Assembly (NCBI GenBank): GCA_964016885.1
Contig: OZ024743.1
Coordinates: forward strand, 194,246,001-194,310,000
DNA length: 64,000 nucleotides
Source of the DNA: Eledone cirrhosa
Taxonomy: Eukaryota
Reading direction: 5' to 3'
Shown in pieces: positions 14,310-25,739 of this stretch. Made by a program: the position numbers and the translations under genes. The notes under the pieces were generated by a model, which searched no databases, was not told the DNA's origin, and was given only the letters and a program-made list of their open reading frames with translations. Every line of letters starts with the position of its first letter. The stretch's first letter is position 1.

Positions 14310-15023
14310 AATACATACCTACATACATGTACAAACATATATTTAAAAAAATTGAAAGAACATAGTGACTCAGGATGTATTTAGAGGCCAAGGTAACCTT
14401 TACGTAAAGCTTACATCTCGTAATGGAAACCATGTCATCGGATTATCAAAACTGTAATTATTATAAAGATTGCAACAATTACCTCTAATCTCATTAACCT
14501 GCCTATAAAGTGAGATGTAAGTAGAGGAGAAGCTGCATATCTTTTGTCAGCTTAAATAGCTAGAGACCAAAGTTATCACATAACATAAACCCAAGCATGG
14601 TAGCAAGTGTTACAAAGCAAAATGCACATAACAACAGCAGGGAATAACACAAAAGTTGAAAAAAAAAAGATTAAAGCTAGAAAATCAAATCATGTAAAGA
14701 AAATTAGCATTGCAACAGCTAAGAGCAGAAACTATATTGCTAGCAATTGTAAAAGTGATATGAAAAATATTGGCAATGTCATCTAAGAAAATATTTAGAT
14801 AAAAATAGAAAACAAAAGTAAAAGCAAAATAACTATGATAGTAATTATCTCTGTGTGATTTCAATTTATGATATATACCTCCGATCATCTGGAATCTTCC
14901 GAAAAAAATTGATTCATTTCGAATATAAAGGCATTTCCCAGGAAATCCTCTCTTATCTGTCCATGTTGAGATATAAATTCCTTTGAACTTCGACAAATTA
15001 CAACATATTGTAGTATAATCATT

Positions 15024-15068
<45 letters not shown>

Positions 15069-15318
15069 AGCATCATTCTATTTTCTCTTCTCTTCCAGGC
15101 GATACTCCATTTGCATGCTTAAACATATCCCTCTGGAGTTCTTGTTTCATATATTCTCAACAAATACTATAGGGATATACTTATAATGAAATATTAATGT
15201 ATTCAACACACCCTCTTTATAACTGTATAAATAAATAACCAAATATATAAAATATGTATATATAATTATATATATAAAATATGTATATATATATTTATAT
15301 ATATATATATATATATAT

Positions 15319-15353
<35 letters not shown>

Positions 15354-17806
15354 AGAGAGAACCGTTATAATTCAACATTGACTGCAAAAAGAACAGCTAA
15401 AACAATAGCAATAACGAGAGCAACATGATAAAAACATCCATAATGGGAAACTAACGCGGAAGAGAATTTGCATTAAAGTATGCCGATTGAAATATGTTTA
15501 TAAAGTTATGTGGTGGGTGGTGTTAAAATGTCAGAGAAAATGATGTGTTGTAGTTGTTCCGTTTTTTACGTTTAAAGTTCAAATCTTTCTTAAAGCTAGA
15601 AAATGGTGGCCGATAAAAGAAAGTACCAATCGAAAGCGATAGATTGTTAGAGAACTAGACTAAGTCCTTTCTGATATTTGTTCGGGCTCTTTCCATTCTG
15701 AACTTTCATTCATCTGTGACGAATTTCTTTATATCTGCCCGTTCAGATGGTGTCTTGTAACTGAATTCTCAAAGCAAGGCAATAGCAAAGCACAATGGGT
15801 TATCCAGCAAGAACATACAAATACAAATATATATACCACTGATCAAGGAAATTACCAGGGGTCCTTTATTGACCTGATATCGTTGTGTATTAGTATAAAT
15901 TTTAACAGATTTAGTTTATACCAGTGGTAGTACTGTGTGTTATTACAAATTTAACAAATAGTGAACATCGTAGCAGATATGTTTTCATTTTATCTCAAAA
16001 AGAGTTCCGTGGATGAAGATGTGCTAGAGAAGAAATATAGGACGATGGTAAAAATTAATGTGAACACTTTTGGATTTTGAAGAGTATTAGGTTAACGTAG
16101 AGCGGAAGTCTCTTAGGAATGTGAAGTTGTTCTTACCACGACCTCTCTTGCCAACCACCACTACCACCATTACCAGCACCAACACGACATTAAGTTTGTG
16201 GTTTTAAAATCAAAACAGATATATTTTATTAGAAACGAACACGGTGGTAGTATGCAACAATACAAAAAATATTTTGTAGGTAGGATTGAGCATACAAACC
16301 ACACTGCCATGCCTGCATACTTTCTAATATACCAAATGATTAGACAATATAGCATATGACATGCTTCTGTCAAAAATTAGGAAGTTGAATAATTTATGAT
16401 GTACAATTGTAGAACATCCGCAACGAAAAGAAATATTATGACAGTTTGATGGAATTTTGGTTATACAAATAATATGAAAATTGCAAAGAATTTCCTTGGA
16501 AACTAACTTCCATCATAAAAGTGAAGAAGAATACGTGAAATTGAATGCTGAACATTCGCAACAAGTAGAATATTCATGCAGGTATTGTTGAAATGCATTT
16601 GGTAGTATTTGTTAGAGCTACAAATGAACGGCCTAACTAATTGGATTGGAAGCAACTCGTGGATTTTAAAATTATATTTAGGGATATAGAGAGGTCTATT
16701 ATAAGGAAAAGAGTGAGAGAGCTGATATTAAGATATTAAATTTGTGTATCACTAGAGTTTATAAATTTAAAAGAATAAATTAAATAAGGGAGATAAGAAA
16801 ATTTCGAAGTTTGTTCCCGGCGAAGGCAGCAGGAACGACGTGCGATGAGAAGGGTATATGAAATACAATATATTATATATTATCTGAAATAAAATGTGAT
16901 TTATTGAGCACAATATATTCGTTTCAATGGAGGAAATTCTGCATATCTGACGAGATTTACTCCTCGCATATAAAATGAAATACAGAATTGTAACTCTCTG
17001 TTGATGATGACTGCTCTAAACATTTCAATCTCCCAACAGGCAGTCACTGTATAAGCAAACATGGAATATGCTGGAAACAATTAATTCATAATCTTTATGG
17101 TATGGGACGAAATTTCCAGCATATGCTAATCTCTACACTACCGGATGGTTATTCTGGATGTAGACGTGTATATATAAACATTATGATTTCAGATAGGTTT
17201 CTTCAGTGTTTAGCTCCAAGCGCTCATATGTCAGATGCTTATATTATAACAGCTGAATCTGGAATCCTACGAGCTTAAGAAAAGTGAAACAGTGAACAAG
17301 ACGAAAGAGAGAGACAGCGATAACATGAAAGTGAAACTGAAATAGAAAAATGAAATTGGAAAGAAAAAGAAGAAAGACAGAGATTAAATGTATTAGGGAA
17401 ATATTCTCCAATATATTACCAATATCGTACGGTCAGGAAAGTATATTGTTGAAGTAGGTTGACTATATTTCATAAGAAGTACATGTGAGACAAATATATG
17501 AGAAGTAGTATATTAAATGCAAAGTCCTTTGTGAACAGTCCATAAATTAGGAGAAGACATTCAGCGTATAATTGCAATGTTTGGTTTGGAGTAGTGAATT
17601 CCTTGATCATCAATCAAACGGTTTGGCTATAATGATCAGCAGGTCACTATATATTTATCTATGTCACCCTTGGGAACAATAACATTTTAACAACTTTATC
17701 GAATTCTGAACGATTTAGGTAACACTTCGGTGAGTATAAATGTATACTCGTATGTTTATCGATGTATGTGTGTATACTTGTACTTGTATGTATGTATGTG
17801 TATGCG

Positions 17807-17877
<71 letters not shown>

Positions 17878-19223
17878 AGGTGTATATACCTGTGGAGCCC
17901 GCTCGTATACAATCTCTCTCATATTCACTCTATTTTTCTATTGTATTTTATCACAAATTCACTTACTTCATTTGCCAATCTTGCTTACATTTATATATAA
18001 TATATTTTATATTTCTGTTATTGTATCTTCTTAATTCATTCGGTCCTCGTTACAGTCTTACGATGTTTTATTGTTTTGGCGATTTGCTTTCTTTTATCCC
18101 TTCCTTCTCCGTTTATAGTGTGACAAAGTCAGACCTATTATCTATCTTCATCTTTATGTCTAAACTCTGTACCTGTCCTTCTCTATTTAAGATGTATTTT
18201 TCTCTCGTTATGCATTTGGTCAAATCAACGCTCCCCTCTCCTTTCGCTTCCAATCTGCTTTTTCAATACACGTTGCTCTCCTTTATTCCAGGTAACCCCA
18301 AATTTAATAGAATTAGAAAGTTCAGTTTACAAATAATCTCCAACTGGATTGAAATGTTATTAACAGAGCTGTTCTAAAATCTATCATCCAATGATGTGAA
18401 TCTTTGTATCTAATAGACAGATCTTTATAACAGTTCTATATTACATTAAACCTAAATATTTAACACATTAGCAAACCTGTTAGATAATAAATTTCTTTCT
18501 GAAATCCTCTTTGTCTCAGTAATATTATTATCATGATTACCGACAAAAGTCAACAGCTAGATTATCTTTAAAATTATCATTTACTTGCCACCATTACCGT
18601 AGCTGTAAGTGGCTTCGCTGGTGAGTATCATGGAGAAATTAAAAGAAGAATTAATAACATTTGATAATTATTAGGTTGGCTTTCGATTTTATTGGGTATT
18701 CGCTTGCACTTCGTAACACCTATTGAACATTCATCGAAGCAAGAATAAAACAGAAATGACTAATCTAAAATGGCAGCACATCGTGGATTATATAAATAAA
18801 ATACAAATATACAATATATATACAATACAAATATACAATATATATATATACAATACATATAAATATATATATATTATATATATATATATATAAATTTGTG
18901 TTCACTTTGTTAATTTTCCTTAATAGTCTCAATGATTTACATTAAACACGATATCTTACTTTCTTCTTCTTGCATCTTTCCTTCCTTTTTCCTTTCCCTT
19001 TCTTTTCCTTTGTCTCACAAGACTTTCGGTGGGCTAGTGTACCATTGATAGGTGTCTAAACTGCCAAATTGCATCTCAACTGCTTCTGGCCCTGGAGTTA
19101 TGTGTCTTTCGTTTGTATTTTTATTTTCAAAAAATAATTTCTTAAGGTTTCCCTTCAAATAATTATTTTCGTTTTGTCTTGTTTTCGTTCGTTATCCTGT
19201 CCTCTCTTTATTAATTTTCCTAA

Positions 19224-19370
19224 GAGGGCGGTGAATTGGCAGTATCGGTAGAGGGTCGGACGCTATGCTTTGACGCATAGAGTTACGGCCCTTGCCATTC
19301 TGAGTTCAAATCCCGCCGAGGTTAACTTTGCCTTTCATCCTTACGGGGTCGATAAAATAAAGTACCAGTA
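19224..19370 (+). mobile_element. tRNA-derived SINE 5' part
   Basis: A-box tggcagtatcggtag, B-box gagttcaaatccc, then gcctttcatccttacggggtcgataaaataaagtacc. Confidence 0.85.
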
Positions 19371-19411
19371 ATGATTATCATCGTGACTCACTTCTCCCCC
19401 ACTAATCTGAA

Positions 19412-19470
<59 letters not shown>

Positions 19471-19478
<8 letters not shown>

Positions 19479-19964
19479 TGTATATATAGTGTATTTTGCA
19501 ATACACTGTATGCTTAATTAAAATCATTTCGAAGACCTTACGCTATCGTTTTAGAGTAGTGACAGTCTCACTTACTTTAAATTTTCAGCAAACAGGGGAG
19601 ATAAAGGTGACAGAGCTCTGTTTTGTACTGATTGGTACTTATCAAAGCCAAGTACTCCACCTGTCTGCTGAAAATCATGAATGTTTGATTCTTATAGAAT
19701 TCTAGTAATAATCAGGAACTGATTATACAGAGTGGTTGCTGGTCGAGCAGAAATTCAAAATTAGAATTGGTGCTCTGAAATAGCGATATATATATGAATG
19801 TATATATAGTGTATTTTGCAATACACTGTATGCTTGATTAAAAGCATTTCGAAGATCTTACGCTATTGTTTTATAGTAGTGACAGTCTCACTTACTTTAA
19901 ATTTTCAGCAAAAAGGGGAGATGAAGCTGACATAGCTCTGTTTCGTACTGGTTGGTACTTATCA
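19471..19964. repeat. Partial tandem repeat (320-bp period, ~173 bp duplicated) flanked by microsatellites
   Basis: 19471-19644 closely matches 19791-19964. Confidence 0.85.
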
Positions 19965-20010
19965 TTCATATATATATCGCTATTTCAGAGCACCAATTCT
20001 AATAAATATA

Positions 20011-20133
<123 letters not shown>

Positions 20134-20203
20134 GCGAATATATATATACATACATATGTATATATATGTGTGTGTATATATATATAAACATATATATATA
20201 TAA

Positions 20204-20249
<46 letters not shown>

Positions 20250-21032
20250 TATTATTTATACTTATATATATACTATCTGTTAGACACGCAGTGACTAACA
20301 ACAACATATTTTAAGTCTGCGTGTTCTGGCATACATGCGTAGCTTGTGAATAATAAATTCAAGGGGTTTCGCTGGCCGTGGTGATCCCTGCCAAACATCT
20401 TTTGTAATGTATCGTCTTATTGGCTAATTTTAGCGTCTTATTGGCTAATCAACCAATGAGAGTAATTTTTGCTCAAAAGCATCCGCCACTTTGTTTACAC
20501 GTTTCTTTATCATTTCGCTTTCGAATCTTCCTCCTGTATTTCGTCGTTTTATCATGAAAATATTTTTTTCTCGTTTTGGTAAGTTATATTGTTAATTTAT
20601 ATATGATTTTTTTAAATTTATAGTAACTATTTTTTTTTAGTTCGTTATAACATGCTTATAATATTGGTTGTATCATATTTACTTTATATTTGTCCATATT
20701 ATTGTTCGTTTTATATTAGATTATTTTATTATTATTATGTTAGATTATTTTTTTTATTATTCTGTTAGACTATTTGTATGTAATATTTAATTTTTATTAA
20801 TTCAGCTATAACAATTATTATGTAAAATATATTTATTTAATATTGATTGTTTTTTGTAGTTGTTTAATATTAAAAGTCTGAAAATATTTTTATACATCTT
20901 ACAATAATATTTATAAGATCATTAATAAAATAACAATTATATAATTCAATTACATTACAACGATAATGTATTATTAATGTATTATTAATGTTTAACTAGA
21001 GTTATTACAAGCGTTGCCTTAAAAAATATTAA

Positions 21033-21479
21033 ACTAGGCCTGAAAAATGCGCAAGCTCAAAAGATCCACAGAATGTTATAATAAACCTTCAAAAGTGTGG
21101 GATTAGAGTTGTTGCTCAAAAATATTGTAATCATTATCTATCGTACACTCTGTGGCATCCTTTTATAAAAAAGAGACTCATAACGAACTCAAGACGACAC
21201 GATAATTATTTAAATGAATTTATAATATAGAATTCGGTTTAAGCGCATTTCGTATTAATCATTACTAAACATCTAATATGAGATATTGAACATTAGCTTA
21301 AATAATTATCGTGTCATCTTGAGTTCGTTATGAGTCTCTTTTTTTATAAAAGGATGCCACAGAGTGTACGATAGATAATGATTACAATATTTTTGAGCAA
21401 CAACTCTAGTCCCACACTTTTGAAGGTTTATTATAACATTCTGTGGCTCTTTTGAGCTTGCGCATTTCTCAGGTCTAGT
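21033..21479. repeat. Inverted repeat, ~180-bp arms, ~84-bp spacer
   Basis: 21033-21213 is the reverse complement of 21298-21479. Confidence 0.9.
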
Positions 21480-22173
21480 ATATAATTATAAACCGAAAAG
21501 GTCAGTAATTCATTACCACCTTATTACCAGTAAGAAAAATAGCTCAAGGTAAATATATCAGATGTTTTACAGAGCCGGAATATGAAATTCCAGAATAATC
21601 AAAACTATGTTCAAAACATTTTATTGATGACAATCGTTTCTTCCAAACTTTCGTTTGGAATCATCGGAGCACTAGCAAAGTTTAGACATATAATTAACCT
21701 CCTATTCCACAGAACAATTGTAAAGATACGTAGATATTAGTGTTGTCATTAATAGTGTCGTGTTCAAAGAGTGAAGATGATGTGGCCAGTATCAGTGAAT
21801 GCGACAAATATTATAAAAGAATAATACAACAATTATAGAAGAATTAAAGAAGAAAGTTACTCGCAAAGTTATCTTTCCTTTCATCCCGATGAGATCGATA
21901 AAATAAAGTACCAGTAACGTACTGAGGTCGATTAATTCAACTTTCCACTCCCCACAAAATTCATAGGCTTCTGTTTATTTAAAAAATAATAATTTACTGC
22001 GAATTATTGCTTTTATTTTTAAAGTTGTATTTGGAATACCTTGTGCCTATTTCAGAAACCAATATTTATACAAACAATAAAATTAGAATTTTATTTCTCA
22101 CCTTAGCACAGCTGATACATAAATGTAAGTATGCACACGTACACACACACAGACGCCGCCTCCCACACACACC

Positions 22174-22225
<52 letters not shown>

Positions 22226-22255
22226 AGAAAAACCACAGACACTCCATCTCAACTC

Positions 22256-22295
22256 TACTTTTGAAAAGCAGAAGAACTGCGAAACCGGTAAAGTA
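22256..22295 (+). ncRNA. Minimal type I hammerhead with U3:A8 core
   Basis: tactt TTGAAAA gcag aagaa ctgc GAAA ccgg TA aagta: stems I and II pair perfectly; palindromic stem III ACCGGT. Confidence 0.72.
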
Positions 22296-22526
22296 ACCAA
22301 ATAAATATATATATATTTTAAAAAATAAGACTCCAGTTGCATTTTCGATTTCATCTTTTTTTCTTTATACTTTCACTCGTGTAGGACCTCTCGGTTATTT
22401 TTCATTTTCTAAAAAAAACCTCACTTTCTAATATATATATATATATATATAATATATATATATAATATATATATATAAAATAAAGTTAAATAAAAGTCAA
22501 ATGATTAAAATTTAGCTTCGTTTATT

Positions 22527-22581
22527 ACTGCTATATATATTTCAGTTACAGCCATCTTTGGCTGTGACCTCTTCAGGCAGT
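22527..22581 (-). ncRNA. Type I hammerhead ribozyme
   Basis: Minus strand: actgc CTGAAGA ggtcacagcca aaga tggctgtaact GAAA tatata TA gcagt. Confidence 0.85.
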
Positions 22582-22642
22582 TTGAATTAGTATGGTATAG
22601 ACAAGTACCAGGTGTTGGTATACAACCAACATAAACTCAAAA

Positions 22643-22777
<135 letters not shown>

Positions 22778-22860
22778 ACAATGAATAAACATATATATAT
22801 ACATACACACACATATATACATATACATATGTACGTATGGGTTATATCGAATATTAATAA

Positions 22861-23225
22861 TTGTTTCTACTTTTGGCACAAGGTCAGCAATTATCTCAGT
22901 GCATTACTGGTACTTTATTTTATCGACCCCATGAGAATGAAAGGCAAAGTTAACCTCGGTGGGATTTGAACTTAGAACGTAAATGGACATAACTCTATGC
23001 TGCAAAGACAGGCGTCTTACCCTCTACCGATACCGCCAATGAACATTAATAATTGTTTCTACTTTTGGCACAAGGCCAGCTATTACCCAGTACATTACTG
23101 GTACCTTATTTTATCGACCCCGTGAGGATGAAAGGCAAATTTAACCTCGACGGGATTTGAACTCAAACCGTAACTATGCTGGAAAGCATGGTGTCCGACC
23201 CTCTACCGATACTGCCAATTCATGA
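22861..23225 (-). mobile_element. Two tandem SINE copies
   Basis: Same family as 3225-4430. Confidence 0.85.
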
Positions 23226-23227
23226 TG

Positions 23228-23391
23228 TTCGATTCGCTTATAAACAAACGGCCCTATTTGAAACTGTGCCATGCCGGTGACCGATCGTCACCTACTTGTT
23301 CAACACTGGCTTTGTTGAACAAAAGGTGACGATCAGTCACCGGCACGGCATAGCTTCAAATCGGGCCGTGTGTTTACAAACGAATCGAATA
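23228..23391. repeat. Imperfect palindrome, ~78-bp arms
   Basis: ttcgattcg...ttgttcaaca ctggctt tgttgaacaa...cgaatcgaa; termini resemble 54959-54974 / 55166-55181. Confidence 0.85.
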
Positions 23392-23899
23392 TTTCTCGTT
23401 GCTCCAGGTCAACCAGCTGTGGATATTCAAAGGTCACTGTAACACCTCACTGAATGTCCCTGAGATTTACATTAAGTTTGTACGGGTCTGAGAAATGCTG
23501 AGCCCTATGTACCTTGATTTCATGAGCAGGCTGTCCTACTGGCCGAATAACTGGAATATTCGTTGTCGGAACCGATTGAAGTTCAATATATTGATTAGCA
23601 GAACTTGTTGACTGGTTGTTAAACATCTTAAATCCTATCGATCTATTTACTCCTGTCATTATCCTATCATTATAATTAGTCATAATTATTTGATGCGATA
23701 AACAAATTCCGTATATTTAATACAATACTCATATGATTAATAGTATAGCGTTTCAATTCATTTCATAACCAATCTGCTGGGAGATCGATGGAATAAGAAA
23801 CAATACGAATGCGACGAAGCGAATGAGTATCACCCGAAAGACCTTAGAGAAATTCTTAACATATGTATACTCAAGAAAGTAACGAAAATTAAGCAATTT

Positions 23900-24070
23900 A
23901 AAGCAACGGTTGAGTCCATCTTCCTTTACGGTGTGACTCATGGGCATTAACAATGGCTTACACATGTGAATGGTGAGTAAAGAACTTCGTACTACTGTTC
24001 AGATCCTCGTGTTTTTTTAAATCATAAAACGAGGAGGTTTGTATTAGCTGGACATTTGTCATTGGAAACC
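23900..24070 (+). mobile_element. Degraded RTE-type LINE C-terminal fragment (second piece at 25533-25605)
   Basis: Translates ATVESIFLYG ... LAGH, typical of the RTE post-RT region. Confidence 0.5.
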
Positions 24071-24398
24071 AAATCTGCGCAGACGAATAGGGAGATCACA
24101 TCACTCTGAAAAATGTCTTCAGGCTGGGAGGCAAGGGAGCTTCAGATAAATTGGAAGAAGAATTTCGTCATGGCACCGGTAACGGATGTGGAGATATATA
24201 GATAGAGCTCACAAGCATTGGGGACCAAGCAATATAAAATATAATATACAGTTATTCTACAAATGGCATCTACGCTACTAATTTAATATAAATTGCATTC
24301 AGAACAAGAACTATTTTAATTAGATATTCAAATATCTTGTATGGATAATTTCAAAGATTTAAATTGCAGATTACCCGTTTAATAATCGATATATATAT

Positions 24399-25320
24399 AT
24401 ATTGGTAAACGGAAAAGAAAAAGCTGACAAATTGTTCACAGTGAAAAATAGTTTAATTAGGAATAAGTGAAAATTAGTAATAGTATTGGTTAGTATTCAG
24501 TTTTGGTTTTAAGTTTTACCGGTTGCACATTTCTAATGCTTTTCAAAATTATTTTGAGATAGAGCGTCCGTGATGTTTGCTCTAATCTGATTAGTTATGG
24601 AAATTCTACCTGTTTTTATGTGAAAAAAGGGGCTCAAGAGGTATTAAAATAAGTTTCGTGCCAATTCGTGTTGCAAAAATTCTTGTGGTCAAAACAATTT
24701 TGATTGGTCGGTAGTGGTCATGTGAATGTTAAAAATTGATTTTGCGCCAAATGTAGGTTTGTGTCGGCTGATTGAGAAGTCACTGAAAAATAAGTCTTGT
24801 CTTAACAGGCATTTGAACTGTCAACAGGCTGCGGTTCACAAACACATCCCTGCTGACCATTATCACAACAACGAACCTCTTTACTACTACTACTACTACA
24901 CACACACACACATATTTGTTTTGAAAGACTTATTTTTTAGTGACTTCTCAATCAGCCGACACAAACCTACATTTGGCGCAAAATCAATTTTTAACATTCA
25001 CATGACCTCTACCGACCAATCAAAATTGTTTTGACCACAAGAACTTTTGCAACACGAATTGGCGCGAAACTTATTTTAATACCTCTGGAGCCACTTTTTT
25101 CACATAAAAACAGGTAGAATTTCCAAAACTAATCAGATTAGAGCAAACATCACGGACGCTCTATCCAAAATTATTTTTGAAAAGCATTAGAAATGCGCAA
25201 CCGGTAAAACTTAAAACCAAAACTGAATACTAACCAATACTATTACTAATTTTCACTTATTCCTAATTAAACTATTTTTCACTGTGAACAATTTGTCAGC
25301 ATTTTCTTTTCCGTTTACCA

Positions 25321-25324
<4 letters not shown>
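24399..25324. repeat. Inverted repeat, ~400-bp arms, (TA)n on both sides
   Basis: 24399-24798 is the reverse complement of 24926-25324. Confidence 0.92.
25174..25209 (+). ncRNA. Hammerhead-like motif, U3:A8 and GCAA variant (inverted copy at 24514-24548)
   Basis: ttt TTGAAAA gcat tagaa atgc GCAA ccgg TA aaa. Confidence 0.5.
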
Positions 25325-25379
<55 letters not shown>

Positions 25380-25672
25380 AATTGAATAGTCTGATAAGTC
25401 TCAACTAACAAACTAAATGTTTGACCACAGCGATAACCTAGTCGACTTTCTTTTGACCACAATGATAATCTATTCGACTTTCTCTTGAAACATCGGACTA
25501 TAACATGTACACGCTATATATATATATATATAAAAGCAACGGTTGAGTCCATTTCCGTCTACAGTGTGAGTCATGGACATTAACCATGTCTTACACACTT
25601 GAATGCTGAAAAATCCAGAATTTCTCCTGGAAAGCACACGTAACACACACACACACATATATATATATATGA

Positions 25673-25738
<66 letters not shown>

Positions 25739-25739
<1 letters not shown>

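Noticed and set aside
15030-15180. Polypyrimidine tract plus AG, possible exon
   Set aside because: The tract is a (CT)n microsatellite; no recognisable reading frame or donor site.
17175-17212. Minus-strand taaaca CTGAAGA..GAAA..tgttta
   Set aside because: Stem I pairs, but stem II and the NUH register are broken; possible relic, not called.
19224-19320. tRNA-like A and B boxes
   Set aside because: SINE head, not a tRNA gene; it continues into the SINE core and I could not fold a full cloverleaf.
25386-25501. atagt CTGATAA...GAAA catcgg actat between (TA)n tracts, with an internal ~35-bp duplication
   Set aside because: Core is mutated and the register is ambiguous.
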